NCBI GenBank assembly: GCA_035529855.1
Contig: DATKVX010000042.1
Span: 8,653 to 72,652 of the forward strand
Source: a bacterium
GTDB lineage: Bacteria; RBG-13-66-14; B26-G2; WVWN01
Reading direction: 5' to 3'
DNA length: 64,000 bases
Shown: positions 1 to 9,421 of the stretch, piece by piece
Position numbering within the stretch: position 1 is the first letter of the stretch
Layout: each line of letters starts with the position of its first letter
The notes under the pieces: model-generated
What the model was told of the DNA's origin: nothing
Databases searched by the model: none
What the model saw: only the letters and a program-made list of their open reading frames with translations
Translations under genes and position numbers: made by a program

Positions 1-374
1 TAGCGGCGGCGAGCGCGGTCCGAGAACGAGCGTACGCCCCTTATTCACGTTTCAAGGTCGGCGCCGCGGCGTTGGGGAACGACGGCCGGGTCTACCTGGG
101 CGCGAACGTCGAGAACGCCTCGTACGGCTTGAGCCTTTGCGCCGAGCGCGTCGCGGTGGCCGCGGCCGTAGCGGGCGGCGCGTCGGAAATACTCGCCGTG
201 GCGGTGGCCGCGAGGCCCCCCGTCCCGCCGTGCGGCGCGTGCCTTCAGGTAATCGCGGAGTTGGGCCCCGAAGCCGCCGTGGCTTGGGGCGACGGCGCCG
301 GGGGTTATGAGGTCGCGGAAGTAGCCGAGCTTTTAACGAGGCCTTTCAGGCTCGAGCGAGGCGGAGGCGGGTAA
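1..374 (+). CDS. cdd: Cytidine deaminase, C-terminal part. The gene starts upstream of the window; the frame is open from position 3.
   Basis: The translation contains a CAE/PCxxC zinc-ligand pattern and reads ...[42 protein letters not shown]...[12 protein letters not shown], typical of homotetrameric Cdd. There is no in-frame stop back to the window edge. Confidence 0.85.
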   Translation, partial: [123 protein letters not shown]

Positions 375-481
375 GAACGTTATATAACGCGCCGGCGCGG
401 CCGCCGTTCTAAAAGTGCCTATTATAGAACGTCCCCGAAGAGGGCCGTAGGTCACGCGCATCTTAACTATATTTAAATCGC

Positions 482-510
482 TTGAAATAAGGTAGGCCGT
501 TTATTATAAT
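482..510 (+). promoter_or_regulatory. Sigma-70-type promoter TTGAAA-17 nt-TATAAT in the AT-rich spacer upstream of the DUF362 gene.
   Basis: Consensus-like hexamers with 17-nt spacing in a 250-bp AT-rich intergenic island. Confidence 0.4.
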
Positions 511-621
511 GAAATAATCGAAAAGTCCGGGGAATATAATTACGAAGCCGACGATAGCGTTTTCATCGCGCGGGCTTCGTCGTACGAAGATGGGGAACTC
601 CGCCGGGCCGTAGAGGGTATC

Positions 622-1716
622 GTGGACGCGGCGGGCGGTTGGGATGAGGTGGCCCCTCCCGGCCGTCCGGTACTCGTAAAGCCTAACCTTATGGCCGCGC
701 GGGAACCGTCCCGTGCCGTTACGACGCATCCGGCCCTTATCCGAGTTTTGGCGGAACTATTGGCGGCTCGGGGCCGGGACGTAATAATAGGCGATAGCCC
801 GGCCGGCGCCGTCAGGGGGATTAAGCGCGTTTGGGAGAACACGGGCGCGGCCGAGGCGGCGCGCGCGGCGGGAGCGCGGCTCGTATCGTTCGAGGCCGAG
901 GGGTCGGTCCCGCGGCCCGTAAAGAGCCGCTTCGTCGAGGAAGTGAGGGTTACGCGCTTTTGCGACGAGGCGACGGTAATAGGGGTAGCGAAGCTCAAAA
1001 CCCATTTTCTAACGATTTTGACGGGGGCGGTAAAGAATTGCCTGGGCGTAATTCCCGGCCTGGCGAAAGCCGAGCTGCACCGGCGCGCGCCGCATCCGGA
1101 CGATTTCGCGGAGCTGGTGGTAGACTTACTGCCGGCGCTGGCGCCGAGGTTCGCTTTCGTGGACGGCGTCGTCGGCTTGGAAGGTGACGGCCCGGCGTCG
1201 GGCGCGACACGGAGTTTCGGCCTTATCGTCGGCGGATACAACGCCGCGGCCGTAGACGTAGTATTGACGCAAATCCTGGGGTTCGCGCCGGAAGACGTGC
1301 CGACGGTCAAGTTCAGCGTCGAACGGGGCTTGACGTCTTCGGCGCCGGATATAATCCTGCGGGATGCCGAATACTCGGACCTGGTTTTCGATGATGTCGC
1401 GACGCCCGGCAGCCTGTGGCTCAGGCACTTGCCGCGGCCTTTGTTGCGTTTCGCGGGCCGCCAATTTGTTATTAAGCCCGCGGTAAGGATAGATAGATGT
1501 ACGGGGTGTAATCGTTGTGTGGAGTCTTGCCCGGTGGCGGCGGTGCGTATGACGGGCGGCGTGGCGGAGATCGACCCTTCAAGATGTATCGAGTGTTTGT
1601 GTTGTTACGAGACTTGCGCGGACGACGCCGTATATCTAAAACCGTCGCGCGCGGCCCGTTTGTACTACGCGTTGCGCGACTTCAAGCACCGGCGCCGCCG
1701 GCGCTTACGCGCGTAA
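622..1716 (+). CDS. DUF362 domain protein with a C-terminal 2x[4Fe-4S] ferredoxin domain. The true start is probably upstream (see finding).
   Basis: VLVKPNL motif; C-terminal CTGCNRCVESCP and CIECLCCYETC cysteine clusters. The conserved DUF362 N-terminus (SVFIARASSYEDGELRRAV) is encoded in frame upstream of the first canonical start, GTG at 622. Confidence 0.75.
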   Translation: MDAAGGWDEVAPPGRPVLVKPNLMAAREPSRAVTTHPALIRVLAELLAARGRDVIIGDSPAGAVRGIKRVWENTGAAEAARAAGARLVSFEAEGSVPRPVKSRFVEEVRVTRFCDEATVIGVAKLKTHFLTILTGAVKNCLGVIPGLAKAELHRRAPHPDDFAELVVDLLPALAPRFAFVDGVVGLEGDGPASGATRSFGLIVGGYNAAAVDVVLTQILGFAPEDVPTVKFSVERGLTSSAPDIILRDAEYSDLVFDDVATPGSLWLRHLPRPLLRFAGRQFVIKPAVRIDRCTGCNRCVESCPVAAVRMTGGVAEIDPSRCIECLCCYETCADDAVYLKPSRAARLYYALRDFKHRRRRRLRA

Positions 1717-1747
1717 GGTCGTCGGACGCCTAACCGGCGGAGGTAAC

Positions 1748-2119
1748 GTGAAGACCATAGCTCTCATTCTGTTATCCGTGGCGCTGGGCGTTACGGGTCA
1801 GATTTTCCTGAAACAGGGCGTCTCGGCGGAGGGCCCTATAACCGGTTTGAATAGAGAGGTTTTGGTTACGCTATTTAAACCGCTGGTCCTTCTGGGCCTG
1901 TTCTGTTACGGCCTTTCGTCGATATCTTGGCTCGTCGTCTTGAGCCGCACCGAGCTTTCGTTCGCTTACCCTATGGTGGCGCTCGGCTACGTCTTGGTCT
2001 TTTTCTTCTCGTGGTGGTTTTTCGACGAGCGGGTGACGTGGGTCCGGGTAGCCGGTTTATTTTTAATATGTTTCGGCGTCGTGCTGGTAGCGGTAACGAA
2101 ACCGCCGGGTACGCAATAA
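1748..2119 (+). CDS. Small EamA/SMR-like four-helix membrane protein (ArnE/ArnF-like flippase subunit family).
   Basis: 123 aa, four hydrophobic helices, GTG start, similar to undecaprenyl-phosphate-sugar flippase subunits. Confidence 0.6.
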   Translation: MKTIALILLSVALGVTGQIFLKQGVSAEGPITGLNREVLVTLFKPLVLLGLFCYGLSSISWLVVLSRTELSFAYPMVALGYVLVFFFSWWFFDERVTWVRVAGLFLICFGVVLVAVTKPPGTQ

Positions 2120-2120
2120 T

Positions 2121-2804
2121 ATGGTTAAACCCTATTTCCCTAAAGACCTTAAAAAGGCCCTGGTCCTCCAGCGAGAAATGGCCGGGTTGGTCAAGTACGC
2201 CGGCCGGCCGAAACGCGTACGTCGCGTGGCCGGGGTGGATGTCGCCTACCACCGCGGCCGTTCGTTGAACTTATGCGCCGTCGTCATTCTCTCCTACCCG
2301 GAGCTCGAGACGGAGGAGGTAGTCTGCCGGCAGGGCCCGACGCCGTTCCCGTACGTACCCAGCCTGCTCAGCTTCCGGGAGGCGCCGTTGTGTTACGACA
2401 TTTTACACTCCCTTCGTAAAAAATTCGATATCCTATTGGTCGACGGCCAGGGAATAGCCCACCCGCGCCGTTTCGGAATCGCGTCTCACCTCGGCGTCCT
2501 CCTCGACGTGCCAACCATCGGCTGTGCGAAATCCCGCCTTATCGGCAAGGGACCTAGAAGGTTAGGTAAAACCAAGGGTTGCCGCGGTTCGCTAATGCAC
2601 GACGGCGAACGATTGGGCACCGTACTCAGGACCCGTACCGGCGTTAAACCGATATACGTATCTGTAGGCCACCGCACCCGTCTCGATTGGGCTGAGGAGC
2701 TGGTGCTCGAGCTGACCCCCCGCTTCCGTATCCCGGAGCCGATTTCTCGAGCCCATACGGTAGTCACCAAAGAACGTCTAAGGATGGACATCGAAAGTGA
2801 TTAA
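2121..2804 (+). CDS. nfi: Endonuclease V (deoxyinosine 3' endonuclease).
   Basis: AGVDVAY...LLVDGQGIAHPRRFGIASHLGVLLDVPTIGCAKS are conserved Nfi motifs; 227 aa. Confidence 0.9.
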   Translation: MVKPYFPKDLKKALVLQREMAGLVKYAGRPKRVRRVAGVDVAYHRGRSLNLCAVVILSYPELETEEVVCRQGPTPFPYVPSLLSFREAPLCYDILHSLRKKFDILLVDGQGIAHPRRFGIASHLGVLLDVPTIGCAKSRLIGKGPRRLGKTKGCRGSLMHDGERLGTVLRTRTGVKPIYVSVGHRTRLDWAEELVLELTPRFRIPEPISRAHTVVTKERLRMDIESD

Positions 2805-2846
2805 TTCCCAGGCGTTTAACCCTTATTATTAAACAAACCCTATTAG

Positions 2847-3497
2847 ATGAGCATTAAGCCGGAAGATTTCGTAGAACTGGCTAAAGGACGTCGCTCGAGC
2901 CGGGCGATGTCCCCCGAACCTATACCCCGCGAGCATCTGGACGCAATCGTCGAATGCGGTCTCTTCGCGCCTTCCGGGTCGAACCAGCAACCTTGGCATT
3001 TTGCGGTCGTTACGGATAGAAAATTAATAAACAAGATGAAAGATGCCGCGGTTGCGAAGGTCGAATTGATTAAAGACAGGATATCGTCGGCCAGCGCACA
3101 ACGCAGCTTCGACGGATATATTCAATACATAACGTTTTTTGATAATTCGTCGGCCGTAATATGCTGTTTCGTCGAGCCTTACCGCGCGCTACTTGAGCGT
3201 TTGTTGAGCAGGTACGCGCCCGAAATATCAGTGAGTACGCGTGAAAACGCGTCCGTGCAGAGCGTCGCCGCGGCGGTGGAGAATATGTTGTTGGCGGCGC
3301 ACGCGTTCGGGTACGCGGCCTGCTGGATGACGGGGCCCCTTATCGCGAAAGAGGACATCGAAAAGCTCGTTAAGCCGGAGGGAAATTGGGACCTTTTAGC
3401 GATAGTGGCGCTCGGGCAACGGCTAGGGGGCAAAGACGCGCCTCAAGCGCCGAAGAGGCGCCCTCGGGAGGAAACCGTTTCGTTCTTCGGCGAGTGA
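2847..3497 (+). CDS. Nitroreductase-family protein (FMN-dependent).
   Basis: SGSNQQPWHFAVV motif and length 216 aa. Confidence 0.8.
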   Translation: MSIKPEDFVELAKGRRSSRAMSPEPIPREHLDAIVECGLFAPSGSNQQPWHFAVVTDRKLINKMKDAAVAKVELIKDRISSASAQRSFDGYIQYITFFDNSSAVICCFVEPYRALLERLLSRYAPEISVSTRENASVQSVAAAVENMLLAAHAFGYAACWMTGPLIAKEDIEKLVKPEGNWDLLAIVALGQRLGGKDAPQAPKRRPREETVSFFGE

Positions 3498-3506
3498 CAC
3501 GGGACC

Positions 3507-4289
3507 ATGTTCGCCCCCTTGAAATACGTACGGTTAGCGTTACCGTTGGCGGTGGTCGCGGCCGCGCTCGCGGGCTGCCGGGGTTCGGCGGAAAACGCCC
3601 GGGGGATGCCCGCGGCCGCGCCCGAAGCAGCCGTAGTGGTCCTTAACGGCGCGGGCAGGGGGGAGGTGTGCGAGGCCGTAGCCGCCAAGCTCGGCGTGGA
3701 GCTGCCGAACGGCGTCGACGGCCATAGGGACGGCGACGGCGAATTGGACTATTCCGTTCGCGAGACCCTTATCCGGTGCGACGAGCGTTATATGAAGCAG
3801 GCGGAGGGCGTACGGCAAAACCTGGGTTTCGGCACCGTTTCGTACGAAAAGGGTTTGGATAGAATCGAAATAGTCGTTGGTTGGGACGCGCCGGCGTCGT
3901 CGTTCGACCGGGCGCCCGCGAGCGGGATATATATCGATAAATCGGAAAACGCCGTTTATTTCTTCGAAGACGGCGAGCTGGCCGACGTTTGGCCGTGCGC
4001 GGTAGGGAAGGCCGAGACGCCGACGCCCACCGGCCGCTTCGAGATTACCGTGACGTTGGAAAAGCCGACCTGGTATTGGCAGGGTAAGGCGATTCCGCCC
4101 GGGCCGGAAAACGGCTTGGGCGATTGGTTCATCGGGATAAACAAGAAGGGTTACGGCCTTCACGGCACGAACGAGCCGCCCAGCATCGGTACCGCCGCTT
4201 CGCACGGCTGCGTACGAATGTACAACGACGACGCCGGCGAATTGGTGAAAGTAGTTTCGCCCGGAACGCCGGTTGTTATAGTGGAATAA
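3507..4289 (+). CDS. L,D-transpeptidase (YkuD domain) lipoprotein.
   Basis: Signal peptide plus lipobox (LAGC); the catalytic motif HGTNEPPSIGTAASHGCVRM is the YkuD His/Cys pair. Confidence 0.8.
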   Translation: MFAPLKYVRLALPLAVVAAALAGCRGSAENARGMPAAAPEAAVVVLNGAGRGEVCEAVAAKLGVELPNGVDGHRDGDGELDYSVRETLIRCDERYMKQAEGVRQNLGFGTVSYEKGLDRIEIVVGWDAPASSFDRAPASGIYIDKSENAVYFFEDGELADVWPCAVGKAETPTPTGRFEITVTLEKPTWYWQGKAIPPGPENGLGDWFIGINKKGYGLHGTNEPPSIGTAASHGCVRMYNDDAGELVKVVSPGTPVVIVE

Positions 4290-4445
4290 ACGCGCCGGGG
4301 GAGGGTTTCTTGGCTCCACCCATCCCGGTTAAATTTTTTTGGCGTTTCAAACGGTGACGTAGGCTTCGGTAAGGGTTTTTGCGACGCGATGCGAAAAATT
4401 AAGGCTTTGGAACCATAGTAGCGACCGTTTACGCGGAGGTCGAAA

Positions 4446-5390
4446 ATGCCGGAAGAAAAATGTCCTAATTGTGGGACGCCGTACGAGTCCGACGCGACGT
4501 TTTGTATAAATTGCGGCGCGAAACGGGAGGAAGCGGCGGAGAGCGAGCCGCCCGCGCCTTCGGAGGCCGCAACGCCGGCGGAACCGGGCCCCAAAGACGA
4601 ACCCCCGATAGAAGAACCGCCGCCGAGGGACGAACCCCCGGACGTTAAAACGCCGCCCCCCGCGGAATCCGCGTCAGATAAGGGTGTTTTAGAACGCCCT
4701 GACGACGAAACGGAAAAAACGGCGCCGGGAGAGCCGAAGAAAAAAAGCAAGAAGGGTTGTTGTATCGCCGCGGTCTTCGTCGGCGTAATCTTCTTGTTGG
4801 CGGTAGCGTGTGTCCTGGGCCTCCACTTCACCGGCATGCTGGAGGAATGGGGCCTGGCCTTGGACGGCGAAGGCGTCACGCACGATTTCGCGGCCGTTAC
4901 GGAGGACGATTTCACGGTATGGCAAAAGGGCGAGGGGGCGGTCGTAAAACCCGAAAAAGAGATGCTGAAGGTCCGGAACGCGCTGGTGGGCCTAAACTAC
5001 GACCCCGGCACCAATTACTCGGCCTCTTGTACCGTCTTCGTCCAAAACGTCGAAAACGACGAAGGCTGGGCCGGCCTAGTCATGCGCGTGAACCCGAAGG
5101 GCGGGGACCGGTACGCGTTCGCGGTTTTACCCAAGAAAAAGCTCGCGCGGATTAATAAGATCGCCGGGAAAACGAAGCCGCTGGTTCTCGCCAGCGCCCG
5201 CGTCGCCGCCTTGCGCGTGGGGATGCCGTATACCGTAAAAGCGGCCGTTTCCGGCAACGAGCTTACGATGGAATTAAACGGTACGGTGGTGGGCGAGGCC
5301 ACGGACATAGGCCTACTCGAGGGCCCGATGGGCTTCGAGGTTCGCGGCGCCACCGCATACTTCGACGATTTAAGCGTGCGGCCCGAGTAA
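4446..5390 (+). CDS. Zinc-ribbon / Pro-rich linker / single TM / extracytoplasmic beta-sandwich (DUF1080/LamG-like) protein.
   Basis: N-terminal CPNCG...CINCG zinc ribbon, a PE-rich linker, the hydrophobic helix CCIAAVFVGVIFLLAVACVLGL, and a C-terminal domain ending GPMGFEVRGATAYFDDLSV. Confidence 0.5.
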   Translation: MPEEKCPNCGTPYESDATFCINCGAKREEAAESEPPAPSEAATPAEPGPKDEPPIEEPPPRDEPPDVKTPPPAESASDKGVLERPDDETEKTAPGEPKKKSKKGCCIAAVFVGVIFLLAVACVLGLHFTGMLEEWGLALDGEGVTHDFAAVTEDDFTVWQKGEGAVVKPEKEMLKVRNALVGLNYDPGTNYSASCTVFVQNVENDEGWAGLVMRVNPKGGDRYAFAVLPKKKLARINKIAGKTKPLVLASARVAALRVGMPYTVKAAVSGNELTMELNGTVVGEATDIGLLEGPMGFEVRGATAYFDDLSVRPE

Positions 5391-5424
5391 CGCGTTCGGG
5401 TCCCCGGCTCGAGCGGAGGTAACG

Positions 5425-6261
5425 TTGCACCCCGTTATTTGGAGAATCTCGGATACGATGGCGATCAAGTCGTACGGCGTGGCGATCGCCATAGCGTTCG
5501 TTTTGGGTATATTCATAACGGCCCGGCACGCCCGTAAAGTAGGATTGAAATTCAACGACTTCGTCGACATGGGTTTCTGGGTCGTTATCGCCGCTATAGT
5601 GGGCGGCCGCGTTTTCTACATCCTCTTCAATTTGCGGGAGTATATCCAAAAACCGATCGCGATCGTGCAGATATGGCACGGCGGCCTGATATTCTACGGC
5701 GGCCTCTTCGCCGCGGTTTTAACCGCTATCGTTTTTATGAAGCGCCGGGGCATCCCGGTTTGGTTGGGCGGCGACTTGATAGCACCCCAGATAGCGCTCG
5801 GCTACGCCATAACGCGCGTAGGCTGTTTCCTTAACGGTTGTTGCTACGGCGAGGCCACCTCGTTGCCGTGGGGCGTCGAGTTCCCGCCGGGGTCCGGCGC
5901 GGGCCGGTACATCGGCGAGCTCTCGTTCGCGGCTTTCTTCTCGGGACAGCCCGACGCCGTCATCCGCCTCCACCCGGTGCAGCTTTACGCCGTCGCGGTT
6001 AACCTCGTCATCTTCGTCGTATTGTTTCTCGCCTGGCGGCGGCGCCGCTTCGACGGCCAGATATTCTGGGGTTACTTGATTTTATACGCCGTCTATCGGT
6101 TCGCGATGGAGTTCCTCCGGGGGGACAACCAACCGTTCGCGTTGGGGCTGACGATAGCGCAAATTATGAGCGTAACGCTATTCGGGTGTGCGCTCGTCGC
6201 CTGGTTTAACCTGCGCGCCCGAGGGGTAATACACGGCGCCGCGGCCAAGAAATCGAAATGA
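5425..6261 (+). CDS. lgt: Prolipoprotein diacylglyceryl transferase.
   Basis: N-terminal HPVIWRISD..YGVAIAIAF aligns with the Lgt FDPVIF..WYGLMY region; the YAITRVGCFLNGCCYG signature is present; TTG start. Confidence 0.9.
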   Translation: MHPVIWRISDTMAIKSYGVAIAIAFVLGIFITARHARKVGLKFNDFVDMGFWVVIAAIVGGRVFYILFNLREYIQKPIAIVQIWHGGLIFYGGLFAAVLTAIVFMKRRGIPVWLGGDLIAPQIALGYAITRVGCFLNGCCYGEATSLPWGVEFPPGSGAGRYIGELSFAAFFSGQPDAVIRLHPVQLYAVAVNLVIFVVLFLAWRRRRFDGQIFWGYLILYAVYRFAMEFLRGDNQPFALGLTIAQIMSVTLFGCALVAWFNLRARGVIHGAAAKKSK

Positions 6262-7550
6262 CGCGTATTTGGTTCGACGAACTCGGCCGGCACGTCGGCG
6301 AAGAGGTCGAAGTCGCCGGTTGGGTTTTTAATTTCCGCAGCAGCGGGAAAATACATTTCATCCAGCTTCGCGACGGCACGGCTCGCGTACAGGCGGTATG
6401 CGCCAAGGACGACGTCGCCGACGACGTCTTCGCCCGGTGCGACGGGTTGACGATGGAGTCGTCGGTGCGGGTCGTCGGCGTAGTCCGGGAAGACGCCCGG
6501 GCGCCGGGCGGCGTCGAGCTCCTCGTCAGAGACCTCCGGGTAATATCGCCGGCGCGGGAATATCCCATCCAGAAGAAAGAGCACGGCGTAGACTTCCTGT
6601 TGGACCGGCGGCACCTGTGGCTGCGGTCGCCGCGCCAGGAGGCGGTCCTCAAAGTGAGGGCTACCGCCGAGCGCGCCATATCCGACTTCTTCGACGAACG
6701 CGGTTTCGTTCGCGTGGACGCCCCCATACTGACGCCCACCTCGCCCGAGGGCACGACGACGCTGTTCCAAACGGACTACTTCGGCCAAACGGCGTTCCTG
6801 AGCCAGAGCGGCCAGCTCTATATGGAGGCCGCGGCCGCGGCCTTGGGCAAGGTTTACTGCGCCGGCCCGACCTTTCGCGCCGAGAAATCGAAGACCAGAC
6901 GCCACGTGATGGAGTTCTGGATGTTCGAGCCGGAGGTCGCTTTCCTCGACCACGAGGGGAACATATCGCTGGCCGAGAACCTGGTAACCGCCGTCGTTAC
7001 CGCCGTTTTGGGCCGGCGCCGAGCGGAGCTGGACGTCTTGAAGCGCGACGTCGCCGCGCTCGAGCGCGTCAAGCCGCCGTTCCCGCGCGTCACGTACTAC
7101 GAAGCTCGCGGCCTCCTCGCGAGTAAAGGTTACGACTTACCGTGGGGGGGGGACCTGGGCGGCGACGAACAAACGGCCCTCGCCCGGGAGTACGACACGC
7201 CCTTTATCGTCGAGAAGTTCCCGCTGGAGGCCAAGGCGTTTTATATGAAGAGGTGCGAAGACGACGCGCGGTTGACATATTCCATCGACGTCTTCGCGCC
7301 GGAGGGCTACGGCGAGATCATAGGAGGGTCGTGCCGCGAGGACGATTTGGGTAAACTCCTCGAAAACGTCGCGGCCCACGGCCTTCCGCTGGAACCTCTC
7401 GAGTGGTACCTCGACCTCAGGCGCTACGGCGCGGTTCCCACGGCGGGTTTCGGCCTGGGTTTGGGACGCACCGTAATGTGGATCTGCGGCTTAAAGCACA
7501 TCCGAGAGGCGATACCTTTTCCGCGGATGTTAAACCGTTTTTATCCCTGA
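6258..7550 (+). CDS. asnS: Asparagine--tRNA ligase.
   Basis: 430 aa class II aaRS with an OB-fold N-terminus; PTFRAEKSKTRRHVMEFWMFEPE and GGSCRED motifs. Overlaps the lgt stop (ATGA). Confidence 0.9.
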   Translation: MTRIWFDELGRHVGEEVEVAGWVFNFRSSGKIHFIQLRDGTARVQAVCAKDDVADDVFARCDGLTMESSVRVVGVVREDARAPGGVELLVRDLRVISPAREYPIQKKEHGVDFLLDRRHLWLRSPRQEAVLKVRATAERAISDFFDERGFVRVDAPILTPTSPEGTTTLFQTDYFGQTAFLSQSGQLYMEAAAAALGKVYCAGPTFRAEKSKTRRHVMEFWMFEPEVAFLDHEGNISLAENLVTAVVTAVLGRRRAELDVLKRDVAALERVKPPFPRVTYYEARGLLASKGYDLPWGGDLGGDEQTALAREYDTPFIVEKFPLEAKAFYMKRCEDDARLTYSIDVFAPEGYGEIIGGSCREDDLGKLLENVAAHGLPLEPLEWYLDLRRYGAVPTAGFGLGLGRTVMWICGLKHIREAIPFPRMLNRFYP

Positions 7551-7599
7551 CGAAGGGTACGCACGCCGAAAGGCCAACGCGCCGACTTCGGCGTTTCGC

Positions 7600-9393
7600 T
7601 TGGAAGACCCGGCGACTATCAGCCGTAACCGCGTCAATCCGTTCAAACGGACGGCGCGGGTCTTTTCCGGATTAGCGTACAACCGGCACGTAGGCCCCGT
7701 CGTGCTGGCCGTCGTAATCGGCTTCGCCACCGGCCTCGCCGCGATCGGCTTCCGCGAGCTGATTCGCTTTTTCAATTTTATATTTTTGGAACGCGCTTGG
7801 GTTTGGGCCGAGGCGACGCTGCCGTACGGCCGCGCCGCATTACCCGTAATTACCGGCGCCGGCGGATTGGTCGTCGGCTTACTGGTATACTACCTCGCGC
7901 CGGAGGCCAAGGGCTCGGGCATACCGGACGTGATGGGCGCGGTGGCGGTGCGCGGAGGGATAATACGGCACCGCGTTTTACCCGTCAAGGCGCTGGCCGC
8001 GGCCATATGTATGGGCTCCGGCGGCTCGGCGGGTCGGGAGGGCCCCATCGTCCAGATGGGCTCGAGCATAGGCAGTGCGCTGAGCCAGGTATTACACCTG
8101 TCGGCGCAGCGTACGAGAACGCTGGTCGGCTGCGGCGCCGCGGCGGGCATAGCGGCTACCTTCAATGCCCCCGTCGCCGGCGCTCTCTTCTCGCTCGAGG
8201 TCATACTGGGCGATTTCGGGTTCGCCAATTTCGCGCCCGTGGTCATATCGTCGGTGGTGGGGGCCGCGGTCGGCCGCTGGTATTTCGGCAACCACCCGTC
8301 GCTAACGGTGCTGCACTTCCAGCTCAGGCACTGGGGGGAGTTCCCGCTATACGCGCTCCTGGGCGTCGCAGCCGGAATACTCGGGGTAGTATTCACCAAA
8401 CTGCTTTACGGCGAGGAGGATTTTTTCGGAAAGGTTTTAAGGGTGATACCGGCGCCGGCTCGGCCGATGCTCGGCGGCGTGGCGGTGGGGACTTTGGGAA
8501 TCTTTCTGCCGCAGATATTGGGGACGGGGTACGGTCCCGTCGACGCCGCGGTAAGCAACATCTACCCCCTGCAACTCGTGTTGATATTTCTCGTGGCCAA
8601 GTTGTTCGCGACCACGACGACGCTGGGCTCGGGCGGCTCGGGCGGGATATTCGCGCCGGCGCTGTTTATGGGCGCGATGTTGGGGAGCGCGTTCGGTGTT
8701 TTGGCCCACCAGGTATTCCCGGGGCTCACGGCGCAGCCCGGGGCGTACGCCCTCGTCGCTATGGGCGCCATGGTCGCCAGCACGACGTACGCGCCGTTGG
8801 CCGCGGTCGTCATCCTCTTCGAGATGACCGATAATTATTCCATCATACTGCCGTTGATGACGGCTTGCGTAATCGCGCTCGTGGTGGCGCGCCGGCTGAA
8901 CCACCTCTCCATCTACACGACGAAGTTGCACCGCGCCGGCGTTAACCTACGCGGCGGCCAAGACGTCGACATATTGAAGGCCATCGAAGCCCGAGACGTG
9001 ATGCGGCTGGACTACGAGACCATATACGCCGGTATGCTGTTCAAGGACATTATGGAATTCGTCCAGGAAGCGCGCCAGAACTCTTTCCCCGTCGTCGACG
9101 CCCGGGGAGACCTCGTAGGCGTAATCTCGATGCAGAATCTCCGCCGCTGGGTCAACGAACGTTCCTTTTCCAACATCGTCGTGGCGGAAGAGTTATGTAA
9201 GAGAGACGTCATCACCGTATCCGAGAACGAAACGCTGTATACGGTTTGGGATACGTTCGAGCGCCTCGACGTCGAGAGCCTTCCCGTGGTGAGTACGGAC
9301 GACCCGCGCCGCATCGTCGGCCTGCTCTTCCGCAAGGACGCCTACGCGGCCTATACCAGTAAAACGGTGGGGGTGTGGGCGGAAAGCCGCTAG
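7600..9393 (+). CDS. ClC-family voltage-gated chloride channel / H+-Cl- antiporter with a C-terminal CBS pair.
   Basis: GSGIP, GREGP and GxFxP selectivity motifs; about 10 TM helices; C-terminal tandem CBS domains. Confidence 0.9.
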   Translation: MEDPATISRNRVNPFKRTARVFSGLAYNRHVGPVVLAVVIGFATGLAAIGFRELIRFFNFIFLERAWVWAEATLPYGRAALPVITGAGGLVVGLLVYYLAPEAKGSGIPDVMGAVAVRGGIIRHRVLPVKALAAAICMGSGGSAGREGPIVQMGSSIGSALSQVLHLSAQRTRTLVGCGAAAGIAATFNAPVAGALFSLEVILGDFGFANFAPVVISSVVGAAVGRWYFGNHPSLTVLHFQLRHWGEFPLYALLGVAAGILGVVFTKLLYGEEDFFGKVLRVIPAPARPMLGGVAVGTLGIFLPQILGTGYGPVDAAVSNIYPLQLVLIFLVAKLFATTTTLGSGGSGGIFAPALFMGAMLGSAFGVLAHQVFPGLTAQPGAYALVAMGAMVASTTYAPLAAVVILFEMTDNYSIILPLMTACVIALVVARRLNHLSIYTTKLHRAGVNLRGGQDVDILKAIEARDVMRLDYETIYAGMLFKDIMEFVQEARQNSFPVVDARGDLVGVISMQNLRRWVNERSFSNIVVAEELCKRDVITVSENETLYTVWDTFERLDVESLPVVSTDDPRRIVGLLFRKDAYAAYTSKTVGVWAESR

Positions 9394-9421
9394 CCCCGGG
9401 CGGGCGGGCGGCTTTAATACC

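Noticed and set aside
7579-7598. A CGCCG-actt-CGGCG hairpin plus TTTCG after asnS, considered as a terminator.
   Set aside because: The stem is only 5 bp and it is immediately followed by the ClC start codon; too weak to call.
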